Source: a virus
Length of the DNA stretch: 64,000 nt
Virus record (IMG/VR): IMGVR_UViG_3300036879_000022
Coordinates: 1-64,000 of that record
Direction: 5' to 3' (one strand)
Shown here: positions 27,828 through 37,993 of the stretch, piece after piece
Layout: each line of letters begins with the position of its first letter
Numbering within the stretch: position 1 is the stretch's first letter
Translations under genes and position numbers: made by a program
The notes under the pieces: generated by a model
What the model saw: the letters and a program-made list of their open reading frames with translations, nothing else
Told to the model about the DNA's origin: nothing
Databases searched by the model: none

Positions 27828-29134
27828 AAGTCATCTCCATCGTCATCGTCATCGGCGAACTCGTTGACTGCATCGTCGAGCACGCTTGTCGCCTCGCGCG
27901 GGTCGTAGCCGGGCGCGATCGTCAATTTCCCGTTCGGCATGAAGGCCAGCTCGCCAATGGCTTTCTTGACCCGCTTACGCTGATCCTTGCCGACGCCGAG
28001 CTTCTCCAACTGCGCGGGCGTCTTGAGTTTGGGCTCAACATAGAGGTCTTCGACCGCGAGCCCGATGTAGTCGATATCCGGGCCAAGCTCTTCAGCCGAC
28101 GCGGTCAGGCGCCGTTTCGTTTCCTCGGGATCGATCAGACGCCGCTTCGACTTCCCACGTACAAGCTTCCAGTCGCCCACGGCGTTGCCATTCTCAAGCT
28201 CACGCTGGATATCGCCCTTGATGTTGTTGCACCATGCTTCGATCACCGGAAGCCATTCGGCCTTGTGTGCCAGCTCCTTGGTGCTTGTCGGCAACGGCAG
28301 TTGAGCCGGCGGCTCGTCTTCCGTGAAGTCGGCCTGCGCCTCTTCAAGCAACATGCTGTCGAACTCGGTACAGCGGCGCTTGGCCGGGCACCATAGGCAC
28401 CAATCGCCTGCACGCAGCGGCGCATTCGGCGCGTCCGTCGCGTCGGCCGCTTCCTTCATCCTGATCTCGTAGAGCTTCAGCTCATCGATCGAATAGCTCT
28501 CGGATCGGATGGTCCCTTCCTTGTGCGGGGCATGCGGTTGGGAGATCGTGACCGTGACGCCTTCGCAGTCGGGATGCTCATGCGCGGCAAGAACCGCGTA
28601 CTGCTTGAGCTGATCGTTATCCTTCGCCTCGACGATGATGTAGCCGTTCTTGTGATCGACGATGTCGAGCCATCCGTAGGGCTCGGCAACGCGAACGTCG
28701 ATCGACCCGCCGAAGCGATGGTCTAGCCACGAGCCGTCGAGATAGACCTCGGAGTAGACCTCCGGCGCGAAGCGGGCCGCCTTGATGCGGCCAACCTCGT
28801 CAATGGTTTGCTGCACGCCTTCGACCATCTTCTCATCGGCGACGAACATGAACCATCCCGGGCGCGCGTGCTCGGGATCGAGCGCAGGCTTGCCCGGGGG
28901 ATAATACTCGGTCTCTTCGTCACCGTCCGCCTTCACGAGGAAGGTTGAGCCTGCGTACTCGCTGGCGTCTTCGGCTCCGGCGATGATCATGATCTCGACG
29001 AGCTTGTGCGCGGCCGTGCCGAGCATCGCGGCTTGGCCTGTCGTTGAGCTTTCGTCGCCGATTAGGGCGATCGAGCCCGGACAGTTCATCCATCGGTGCG
29101 ACGCGGAGGGGGATAGCTTTGCGTGGCCGGCCAT
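27824..29134 (-). CDS. PD-(D/E)XK (Cas4-like) nuclease, DUF2800 family
   Basis: HAKLSPSASHRWMNCPGS, GTAAH, GGSID, DHKNG, QLKQYA, GDWCLWCPAK; GAAGGA RBS before ATG 29134. Confidence 0.9.
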   Translation of the reverse strand: MAGHAKLSPSASHRWMNCPGSIALIGDESSTTGQAAMLGTAAHKLVEIMIIAGAEDASEYAGSTFLVKADGDEETEYYPPGKPALDPEHARPGWFMFVADEKMVEGVQQTIDEVGRIKAARFAPEVYSEVYLDGSWLDHRFGGSIDVRVAEPYGWLDIVDHKNGYIIVEAKDNDQLKQYAVLAAHEHPDCEGVTVTISQPHAPHKEGTIRSESYSIDELKLYEIRMKEAADATDAPNAPLRAGDWCLWCPAKRRCTEFDSMLLEEAQADFTEDEPPAQLPLPTSTKELAHKAEWLPVIEAWCNNIKGDIQRELENGNAVGDWKLVRGKSKRRLIDPEETKRRLTASAEELGPDIDYIGLAVEDLYVEPKLKTPAQLEKLGVGKDQRKRVKKAIGELAFMPNGKLTIAPGYDPREATSVLDDAVNEFADDDDDGDDF

Positions 29135-29154
29135 TTCGTTTCCTTCTAAAAAGT

Positions 29155-29312
29155 TGGCGCGCTGGGGAGGACCGGACCCTCCATCCATACTCTACGTTTC
29201 GATTTCGTCTCGGCGTCCCGGCCACTTCCGTCAGGTCTCGCCTGATGGCGTTGTGTGGCGACGACTACTGACTACCTCGTAAAGTCGCTCTGTCTGTTTG
29301 AGCTACCAGCGC
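29155..29312 (-). ncRNA. tRNA-like RNA with ~80-nt insertion in place of the anticodon loop
   Basis: GCGCTGG/CCAGCGC acceptor + G-CCA; GCTC/GAGC D stem; ACTTTACG/CGTAGAGT stem; GGAGG/CCTCC T stem. Confidence 0.7.
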
Positions 29313-29322
29313 AAATTTGGTT

Positions 29323-29397
29323 TGGAGGATCAGGCGGGTGCTTCCCCCACTCATACGAGTTTTGCAGACCCGCGCGTTCGTGTTTCGCCACCGACCC
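29323..29397 (-). tRNA. non-canonical tRNA-Cys(GCA)
   Basis: GGGTCGG/CTGATCC acceptor, U73, CCA; loop CT-GCA-AA; deviant D and T loops. Confidence 0.7.
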
Positions 29398-29400
29398 TAA

Positions 29401-29760
29401 TCAGGCAACCGTATAGGGGAACGTGATCGGCTTGCGGCCGACGCGAACGTCCCACGCCATCATGTCGTCCTTGAAGACGCAACAGTAGCGCTTGTTGACC
29501 TTGATCTGATCGTCCTCGACGCCCTCGGGATGCTCCCACTCGTCATCCTCGCCAGTCAGTGGCGTAAGCGGCATGCCACGGGCGAGCGTCTCGAAGACCG
29601 CGAGCGTCTGCTCGGCGCCTCCGCCGGAGTGACCATAGGCCGTGAAGACCTCCATCAACGACGTGACTTGCACGGCGACATCGCCGTTGTATTCGGCGTC
29701 CGCGTCGAAGAGGCCGGCGGCGCGGAGTTCGCGCTTGGCGTGTTGGCTGAGCCTACTCAT
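29401..29760 (-). CDS. hypothetical protein
   Basis: GHSGGGA...PLTPLTGEDDEW...NKR conserved-looking phage protein. Confidence 0.7.
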   Translation of the reverse strand: MSRLSQHAKRELRAAGLFDADAEYNGDVAVQVTSLMEVFTAYGHSGGGAEQTLAVFETLARGMPLTPLTGEDDEWEHPEGVEDDQIKVNKRYCCVFKDDMMAWDVRVGRKPITFPYTVA

Positions 29761-30636
29761 TTTCGAAACCTCTTGATGATACGACCCTTGAGGATACAAC
29801 TGCGCAGCCGGGTCGCGACATGGCTACCGTCTTCGTCTTCCTTGTCTTCGTAGTCGCGCGCGATGTGCGCGACCGTCGTGATCGTCTTCGGCGTGACCTC
29901 GACAACGAAACCGACAGTCTCGCAAATCGAAGGCGTCAGCGCCCCGACAATCTTCTCCTTGATGTCGAGCCATCCTTTACCGTCGTATGTGCAGTGGTCT
30001 TCCCACAACACGTAGACGAGATCGCCGACCTTCGGATCGAATTTAATCATCAACCTTGGCCCCGTAAACGATGTCCACGCCCCGCTCGTTGCCTTCGACG
30101 CCGACCTTCACATTCATGTACTGACCAACCTTCGGCGCAGCGACCCCCAAGCGAATGGTTTCGGAGCCGTCATCCGAGGTCACGACAGCTTCCGCGACGG
30201 CGCCCGCCGTCGAGACGTTGAATAGCACGACGCTCCAGCCGGGGGCAGGCGTGATCCTGACGTGGTCTTTGCTGATATGACGGACGGTTGCGGGGGCGGC
30301 AGTGAGGGTCATGACTGATCCATCGGCACGGGGAGAGGGTTCTGAGCTGCGATCTGGGCCATGCGCGCTTCGTGCTGCGCCAGCTTGATCTTCTCCTTGA
30401 GCCGGGCCTGCTTGCCCAGCATGTCCTTGATCGCCGGAGGATAGCTCTCGAAGCTGGCGTCGCCGATATGCGTCGAGACAGCACGCCACCCGTAAGTTCG
30501 GTCGGGCTTGCGGTCCAACTGTTCGACATGGAAAATGAGGTTGAGGTCGTTCACGACGATGCGAAGTGCTCGGGTGGGGACTGCAACGGCGAGGACACGC
30601 CAGCCCTCGGGGCAAGCGTTGATGATCTTTCCTGCT

Positions 30637-31056
30637 TCAACTGCATCCATTGTGTTTGGCCCAGCGCGCGATATGGTGTTGGATAGGTATACCGCGTTTG
30701 ATGTCGTAGTCAATCCATCCGCAAAGGCGCATACGCACGCCCTTCATGATGTTCTTCGTTACGGGGAGGCCCTCATTGCGGAAGCAATGAAGCGCGAAAC
30801 GCTCTGCCTCAAACTCTTCGCGATGTTTCGGAAGCTTGAGCTTGAAGTGGTCCTGCTTGACGTGTCCGACTTCGTGAAGGTAGAGAAATAGGCTGTCGTC
30901 GTCCTTGAGCGTAGGAACGGAAAGGGTGCGTTTGTTGCTATCGGCCTCTGCGCTTTCCCAAGTCCATCGGTGCTGGCTCTGTCGAACGCGCCAGCCTCGC
31001 GGCCTGTGCCGCTTGACGATCTCATTGATCCTCTCCTGCGACAGCTTGCGGCTCAT
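30637..31056 (-). CDS. HExxH zinc metallopeptidase-like protein (ImmA/IrrE-like)
   Basis: YLHEVGH...EEFEAERFA. Confidence 0.7.
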   Translation of the reverse strand: MSRKLSQERINEIVKRHRPRGWRVRQSQHRWTWESAEADSNKRTLSVPTLKDDDSLFLYLHEVGHVKQDHFKLKLPKHREEFEAERFALHCFRNEGLPVTKNIMKGVRMRLCGWIDYDIKRGIPIQHHIARWAKHNGCS

Positions 31057-31360
31057 CGGGTGGCTCCCATCGGACGACGACAACGCCGGAGGTTCCAAAC
31101 CTCGGGTCGCGTGACTTGTGCACGGTGACCGTCACGCCTGCATCCATCAATGGCGCCAACTCCGCCGCAAGACCGCGCGGAAGGTGCCCGAGTTTTTGAT
31201 TGAAGATGTGGAGCGAGATAGCGTTGGGATCGTACTTGTTCGTGGGCTCCCGTTCAACTCGCAATTGCTGGCCGGGCCACAATCTCGGGATATGGTTTCC
31301 TGCTCCCGGATAGAAGCTGGAACCCATTATGGACGCTTGTCTTTCTTGGAGGGCCATCAA
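31022..31360 (-). CDS. HIRAN domain protein
   Basis: LRVEREPTNKYDPNAI...KLGHLPR. Confidence 0.85.
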   Translation of the reverse strand: MMALQERQASIMGSSFYPGAGNHIPRLWPGQQLRVEREPTNKYDPNAISLHIFNQKLGHLPRGLAAELAPLMDAGVTVTVHKSRDPRFGTSGVVVVRWEPPDEPQAVAGEDQ

Positions 31361-31950
31361 AAATACCTCCGGATAGAGTTGGAGACGGCGGCGGAGACTT
31401 CCTCGGCGGTCGCCGGGCGCGGCATGGCGTCAACCCAGTGAGTTCCCCACGGCCAGAAGACGCGGGCGTGCTCAGTGTCGCCGGTCCGCTGATTGAGCGT
31501 GACGGAGCCATCCACGAACTTCGTCTCGTGGATTTCGTCGGCGCGCTGTCCGTAGACATCGCCGGGCTCGTACAGCTCTTCGTAGCGCGGCTCCAGCACG
31601 CAAGCACCATATGCAGACTTCTCCAGCCCGCCGCCCTCGCCGGTCTTGATCGTTGTGAATGCGTGCGTCGGCTCGAACGATGAGCCCGCGTGCCGCGTCA
31701 TGTTGTATCGCTGATTGGCGAACTCGCCCGCGACGATGACCGACGTGAAGTCCCACGGATGATCATGGATGGTCGAAACATTGGGGACCGTGAAGTGATG
31801 GTCCCAGAGGTTGAGCCGATACATCTTGGGCGCGTTAGGCGGCCCGAAGTAGGTTCGCAGAAAACCAAAGCCTTGCACGGTCCAAGACCGGCGATCGTCC
31901 TGCATGATCGTAGCGACAAGCGGCTTGAGAAAAGTCAGATCGTTTTTCAT
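31357..31950 (-). CDS. cupin-fold protein
   Basis: IHDHPWDFTSVIVAG...IHE. Confidence 0.7.
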   Translation of the reverse strand: MKNDLTFLKPLVATIMQDDRRSWTVQGFGFLRTYFGPPNAPKMYRLNLWDHHFTVPNVSTIHDHPWDFTSVIVAGEFANQRYNMTRHAGSSFEPTHAFTTIKTGEGGGLEKSAYGACVLEPRYEELYEPGDVYGQRADEIHETKFVDGSVTLNQRTGDTEHARVFWPWGTHWVDAMPRPATAEEVSAAVSNSIRRYF

Positions 31951-32012
31951 GATCGGTCTCGAAGAAAGTCGGGCGGCGCACCATTGCGCCGCCCGGGACT
32001 TGGGTGCGCGGC

Positions 32013-32549
<537 letters not shown>

Positions 32550-33658
32550 GGGGGACAACTCCGGGTTGGATGGTCTCATTGAGACTAGATCGTTAACGAT
32601 GATGGCTCATATCCCGAAAGCCGGGAGCCGTCAAGCGGGGTCAATGATTTATTTTCAATGTTCTCCGGTAGAAGTTAAATCGAACAACAGCCGGACGGCG
32701 CGGTTCAACATTCGCGTCTCGCGGTGAACCTTTGCGCGATAGCGTTCTTCCGTGAAGTGTTTTTGTTCGGGATGCGCCTTGATGTAGGCGCGCTGACGGC
32801 GCGCAGTGCGGACAGCACTACACTTCGGAGAGCATGTCTTGGAGTTTCTGCGAGGCGCGAATGGCGCCTCGCAGATGATGCACGACCTCACGCCGGGATG
32901 CCCCACGTGGTCGTCGTCTCCAGCGGGACGGGCAACTGCACGTCCTTGAGACCCTCGACGTAGGCGAGGCCCTTCTCGGTCGCGCGATACGCCCAGCCCG
33001 GATGCGCGTTGCGCTGGGCATGCGTCGGCCGCTCGATCATCTCGTCAGCAAGCAACTGCTTGACGAACTTCGTGTAGGCCGGCGATGTGCGCTGAGCCTC
33101 GGGAGCGAACGGCGAGATGGTCGTCGCGAAGTGCAGCATCATCGCGATCTTCATCGGGGGCGTGCGGTAGCGTTTCGGGGGCGGGTCGAACGGGAGCAAC
33201 ATCCGCGCCAGTTCGGCCATCGTGTATGTTTCAGACATGGGAGTTCTCGTTGGTTGGGGTTGACGCGCGGACCATCGGCCTGTGACCGTTCCGGCGTAAT
33301 TGATCCGCCAGTCCGTGAGGACAGCGGTCGCCTCTGCTTGTCGGAGAGCGGCCGTCCGGCGCACGTCAAGAGCCCGCTTGATTTCGACCGGCTTTCCGGA
33401 GTAGCTTTTCCAGCATGCGGGATCGATTTCGTAGGCGATGGCTTTGACGTGCGGCGGGTATGGCATGGGTTCTCCGTTATTCCATTCTTGTTCATCTGTC
33501 AAGTCGGGATTACAGCGTCATGTCGAGACCTCCTGAGCGTCTATGCGCTAGATGCAGCGTACACGAACTCGGAACGCTGTCAACATCGTGGGGCTGGACA
33601 TAGTTAACAAAAGGGTGTAGACGAGCCGACTGTCCCCGATCCGCGTGAGAACTTTCAC

Positions 33659-36013
33659 ATGATTTTTGATAGCTTGGCGCTCGCGCTCGCATACCTTGAT
33701 CGGCATATGTATTCGCGATATCTTTTCCCGATCGCCGCAGGCAAAAAGTTTCCGCCGTGCCTCAAAGACAATCTCGACGGCAACTGTTCGAACGACCCAA
33801 AGCAGATCATCGCGTGGGCCAAGCAGTTTCCCGGCTGCAACTGGGGCGTAGCGCACCGCAAGTCACGCTTGATGGTCGTGGACGTTGACACCAACAAAGC
33901 CAAGGGTAAGGTCGGCGACGAAACATTCGCCTATCTCGACATGCTGTACGGCTGGCCCGAAACCGAGCGCACGGGGACGCCGTCCGGCGGCTGGCATTTG
34001 ATCTACGAGGGCTGGGACGACGCAAACCATCCTGCGCACATCTTCGCGCTCGGCGAGAACGGCATCGGCAAAGATATTGATAGCCCGAACTACTCGCTGA
34101 TCCCCGGGTGCCGCTTTGCTGACGGCACGAGCTACACCACGAATGACGCCGACGCCGTCGCGTGCCCGGAATGGATTTACGACACCATCAAAAGCTCCAA
34201 GACCAAGTCGCGTATCACCGACGCGGGCGAGGTCGTTGTCGAGCTTGATCAGCAAGCGAACATCGATATCGCAATCGACTTTTTGCAGGATGATGCAGTC
34301 CCGGCCATCGAAGGGTCGGGCGGCGACTTCAATACCCTGAAGACCGCGATGTACCTCAAGGACCTCGGCATCTCGCCGACGCTGTCCGTCGATCTCTTGA
34401 ACGAATACTACAATCCCCGCTGCGTGCCGCCGTGGGATCGCGATGATCTGGAGCGCAAGGTTGAGAACGCCTTCGCCTACTCCAGCCTCTCGAAGGCCGG
34501 CGGCAAAACCGCCGAGGCCGACTTCGCCGATGACGCGCCCGAGCCAATCACGCGGAAGGGCACCTACAATATCGAGACCAAGCAATACGAGTTCAAGCCC
34601 AGTGCCGATCCGGACACCGCCAAAGAGAACCGGGAAGCCGCGCGAAAGGGGGTCGCTGCTCTTACGCCAGAGCAACGAGAGCGATTTCTGAAGATGACCG
34701 AACTCATCAATGAGTGGGTATGGGTCGGTGGCCTCAAGCGGTTCATTGAAAAGGTAGACACCCGGCGTCTCTGGGACAAGGAAGCCTTCAACAGCCAGTA
34801 CAACAACATTCTCGGCGAGAAGGCCACCAAAAATATCTCCGACGTTCTGCTCCGCAAAAAGAAAGGCACGATCGCCCGCTTCAAAGAGATCGCGTACAAG
34901 CCCGGGCTAGGGCAGAGGATCAGCGGCGAGGTCTTCAACGTCTATCTGCCCTCGGACGTGCTCCCGGTGGAGGGCGATGTCTCGTGGTGGGATGATCATC
35001 TCGAATACCTCTTCCCGATTGAAGAGGATCGCGTGATGGTCCTCAATTGGATGGCTTGGCTACTCCAGAACATGGCGACCAAGCCAAAGCACGCGTTGCT
35101 GATCCAAGGCGATGATCAGGGTACGGGCAAGAGTTTTCTTGTCGAGATGCTCGGCCGTATCCTCGGCCAGCGCAACGTCTCGAACATCAATCAGACCGAT
35201 TTGCACGGCGACTTCAATGGATGGGCTCAGCACTCGAAGCTGCTCGTCATCGAAGAGCTGCGCGCGATCGATAAGACCGAGGTCGCCAACAAGCTGCATC
35301 CGTTGATCACGCAAGACATGATCAGCGTCAACGAAAAGAACCTGCCCCGGCGCGATGTTGAAAACTGTTTCGGTATCTTCGCGATGTCAAACCATGAGGC
35401 AGCCCTCAATCTCGACGACAAGGACCGGCGCTATCTCGTCATCAACACGAAGGCGACACCGCGTTACGGGAAGGGCTCGCCGGCCTCGGTCGCATACTAT
35501 ACCGACCTCTACGTCACGAAGCTCAATGACCCGGCGGCCGTCGCGGCCGTCGCATTCAAGCTCCAGAACTGGGACTACGGCGAGTACAGCGGCGCGGCAG
35601 CCGCGCCCGCTACGTCGGCCAAGACTTCGATGATCACGGCCGGTCAGAGCGATCTCGAACATTGGATGGATGAGAACCGCGACAAATTCCCGTTGAATGG
35701 TCGGGTCGTCGCGGTCAGCGATATCATCTTGGTCTTGCCAAAACGTCTGGAGGGCCGAAGCCCGCGCCTGCATGCGTCCATCAAGGGCATCTTGATGCGG
35801 AGGTTCGGCGCCGAAGAGGTCGGACAGGCCACGCTCTCCGATGGCGAGCGTCCGCGTCTGTACGCGATCAACGGCAAAGCAGGTATCCTGAAGAACCTCT
35901 CGCCCAAGGCAATCGGCACGATCTACGAGACCGACAGGGCGAAGGCGGGCAAGGGCCAGCCTCTCGACGATGACGCGACCGAAGAGTTCGGCGAACCCAA
36001 CAATATAGCTTGA
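33659..36013 (+). CDS. primase-polymerase (Prim-Pol) fused to SF3-type helicase (DUF5906-like)
   Basis: NWGV..LMVVDVD, TPSGGWHLIY; GDDQGTGKS Walker A, IEE, NEKN, RRYLV. Confidence 0.93.
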   Translation: MIFDSLALALAYLDRHMYSRYLFPIAAGKKFPPCLKDNLDGNCSNDPKQIIAWAKQFPGCNWGVAHRKSRLMVVDVDTNKAKGKVGDETFAYLDMLYGWPETERTGTPSGGWHLIYEGWDDANHPAHIFALGENGIGKDIDSPNYSLIPGCRFADGTSYTTNDADAVACPEWIYDTIKSSKTKSRITDAGEVVVELDQQANIDIAIDFLQDDAVPAIEGSGGDFNTLKTAMYLKDLGISPTLSVDLLNEYYNPRCVPPWDRDDLERKVENAFAYSSLSKAGGKTAEADFADDAPEPITRKGTYNIETKQYEFKPSADPDTAKENREAARKGVAALTPEQRERFLKMTELINEWVWVGGLKRFIEKVDTRRLWDKEAFNSQYNNILGEKATKNISDVLLRKKKGTIARFKEIAYKPGLGQRISGEVFNVYLPSDVLPVEGDVSWWDDHLEYLFPIEEDRVMVLNWMAWLLQNMATKPKHALLIQGDDQGTGKSFLVEMLGRILGQRNVSNINQTDLHGDFNGWAQHSKLLVIEELRAIDKTEVANKLHPLITQDMISVNEKNLPRRDVENCFGIFAMSNHEAALNLDDKDRRYLVINTKATPRYGKGSPASVAYYTDLYVTKLNDPAAVAAVAFKLQNWDYGEYSGAAAAPATSAKTSMITAGQSDLEHWMDENRDKFPLNGRVVAVSDIILVLPKRLEGRSPRLHASIKGILMRRFGAEEVGQATLSDGERPRLYAINGKAGILKNLSPKAIGTIYETDRAKAGKGQPLDDDATEEFGEPNNIA

Positions 36014-36038
36014 AACAGGTAGCTGCCTATGGTAGACG
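36010..36038 (+). promoter_or_regulatory. promoter positioned to initiate at tRNA-Gly position 1
   Basis: TTGAAA-N17-TAGACG. The same -10 hexamer occurs upstream of the primase and of 51179. Confidence 0.6.
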
Positions 36039-36733
36039 AAGTTCGCGACTGTAGCTCAATGTTAGAGCACCCCGGGTCCACTGGGGAAGATGGCGGTGCA
36101 ATTCCGACCCGGTCGCTCCATATCAAACAAATCCCCGTTGCCCAAGCCCGTGCGTTCATCAAGATGTGGCACAGTCGTTTGCCCAATTGCGATGGGCCTT
36201 TCAAGATCGCGTTTGGGGCGTTCGATCAGGGCGGCTACCTCATGGCGGCTGCACTCTGGCATAACTGCTCAGCGCGAAACCTCCCGCAAGACTGGACTGA
36301 GTTGCGGCGCATGGCTGTCGCCAGCATGTACGCGCCACCGAATACGGCGTCCATCATGATCGGCCAAATGGTCAGATGGTTCAAGAGAGAAGGCAAAGCG
36401 ACAACGCTCGTCTCTTATCAGGACCTCGGTGAAGGCGCCCCTAACTCAGTAGGGTTCGTCAAGCATACCGGCACGATCTACAAAGCAACTAATTGGACCC
36501 CGGTAGCGATCAGCCGTCCGCGTCTTCGAACCCGCACAGTAGCGGATCAAGATTGGGTCAAGAATGGTCGGAAGGTGTACCGCCGTAATGACAAAAACCT
36601 CACGCCGGAGGGGACGACCGACGCTATCGCATCCGCGAAAGTCCGTTGGCAGTACAGCTTGCGAGGCGAGAAGTTCACTGCCCTGACCCCGGAGCAGATC
36701 GAGGCCGCCCGAAGGATGAAGCCGACCAAATAG
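36029..36733 (+). CDS. Mom-like adenine modification enzyme (GNAT fold)
   Basis: ARAFIKMWHSRLP, ELRRMAV, PNTAS, LVSYQD, HTGTIYKATNW motifs of the Mu Mom family; start codon uncertain. Confidence 0.8.
   Translation: MVDEVRDCSSMLEHPGSTGEDGGAIPTRSLHIKQIPVAQARAFIKMWHSRLPNCDGPFKIAFGAFDQGGYLMAAALWHNCSARNLPQDWTELRRMAVASMYAPPNTASIMIGQMVRWFKREGKATTLVSYQDLGEGAPNSVGFVKHTGTIYKATNWTPVAISRPRLRTRTVADQDWVKNGRKVYRRNDKNLTPEGTTDAIASAKVRWQYSLRGEKFTALTPEQIEAARRMKPTK
36045..36120 (+). tRNA. non-canonical tRNA-Gly(TCC) embedded in the mom-like ORF
   Basis: 76 nt; GCGACTG/CGGTCGC acceptor, U73, CCA; GCTC/GAGC D stem; CCCCG/TGGGG anticodon stem with TCC; T loop TGCAATT. Confidence 0.85.
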
Positions 36734-36741
36734 TTAACATC

Positions 36742-36797
36742 CCGCCGGCGAAAAAGTCGCTCGCCGGCGAAAATAACGCTTGACGCTCGCCGGCGAA
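36742..36797. repeat. three (T)CGCCGGCGA(A) palindromes over a promoter
   Basis: Copies at ~36742, 36761 and 36787 flanking TTGACG (36780). Confidence 0.8.
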
Positions 36798-36871
36798 CGC
36801 GTGTATGGGTATTCTCATGAGGCAACCCCACGCCTACGTGGGACCCTCTCAAAAAGAGAAAGTCCCTCAAG

Positions 36872-37870
36872 ATGACAGTACGTGTTGTTCAGGCCAAGTG
36901 GTCTAAGAAACAGATGCTCGCCCTCCCGGAGTGGGAAGGTCAGCGCGATACCGACAAGCGGGTTGCGAAGTACCTCGCGCGCAAGGATTTTGATGCGACG
37001 AACGCAACCATCAAGACTGGATGGGCGACCGTGGTCGTAGGCGGCGAAGAGAGCCGGATTAACGGCAACACTCGCGCGCACGTCATGAACCATATGCCTC
37101 TCGACGAAGCCGAGATGACGGTACGGCGCAAGGACTTCGCCAAGCACTTCCCCGAAGAAGTGCTCGGCGACAAGTACATTTGCTCAACGAAGGAGGAAGC
37201 TCAGGAAATGTATAACAGCATTGACAACACTTCTTCGAGCAAGGGCGCAGCGGACAAGCTGACTTCTGCATTCAAGGCTTGCGGAGTTGGCGTGCGGTCG
37301 AAGATGTACAGGTCAGGGCGCGGTACGTCCGGTCTTGCTCTCGCATGGCGGGCGTTACTCGGTCAGGCTTCCAATTCCGCCTGTTGGCGGACCGAGACCA
37401 TGGTCACTGAGTTCATTCATGAGCTTCGGCTTTTGGATAAGCTCATGTCCGACAATAACGTTCCGGCCAATAGCCGGGTCGTATCCTATCCCGGCTTTCA
37501 GATGGCCGTGCTGCTCACGCTCTACCGCGCTCGTTTAACCCCGCACAAGCGGGGCGATGGCGAGAGCGTTGATGAGGTCTACAAGTTCTGGGACACCGTC
37601 ATCAAGTACGAAGGGGAGATTATCGTCGCCGGGAGCGATCTCGTGTCGAAGTCCCCCGTGATCAAGATGTGGACGATGGTCAACGACGATGTTCTTGCTG
37701 CGTCCGACGACAAGACACAGTCGCGGGAGACGTGGTATGAGGTCGGAGCCAAGGCGCTCAGCCTCTTCTTGCGCCGCCGTGAGGCGTCAGTTGACAGGCC
37801 GTCCCATAAGAAGGTGGTTATCGAAACCTTCTTCCCCTGTCTCGTGGAAGCTCAGGCCGAAGCGGCCTGA
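36872..37870 (+). CDS. hypothetical protein, possible ParB/Srx-like N-terminal domain
   Basis: QRDT...RINGNTRAH resembles the ParB-type DGxxR box. Confidence 0.6.
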   Translation: MTVRVVQAKWSKKQMLALPEWEGQRDTDKRVAKYLARKDFDATNATIKTGWATVVVGGEESRINGNTRAHVMNHMPLDEAEMTVRRKDFAKHFPEEVLGDKYICSTKEEAQEMYNSIDNTSSSKGAADKLTSAFKACGVGVRSKMYRSGRGTSGLALAWRALLGQASNSACWRTETMVTEFIHELRLLDKLMSDNNVPANSRVVSYPGFQMAVLLTLYRARLTPHKRGDGESVDEVYKFWDTVIKYEGEIIVAGSDLVSKSPVIKMWTMVNDDVLAASDDKTQSRETWYEVGAKALSLFLRRREASVDRPSHKKVVIETFFPCLVEAQAEAA

Positions 37871-37993
37871 TACCTACTCCTACTCGGAGCCGGTCGCGAA
37901 TGACCGAGTGGCTAAACAGCGCGCCGGGGTCTCCGCCTCGGCGCGCATCTTATTGTGCTTGACACCTTCCGTTCCCGTGCGTAGGCTTCTCAC

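Noticed and set aside
29135-29188. Track start of the DUF2800 ORF at 29188
   Set aside because: It overlaps the tRNA-like 3' end. The RBS and conserved N-terminus fit ATG 29134.
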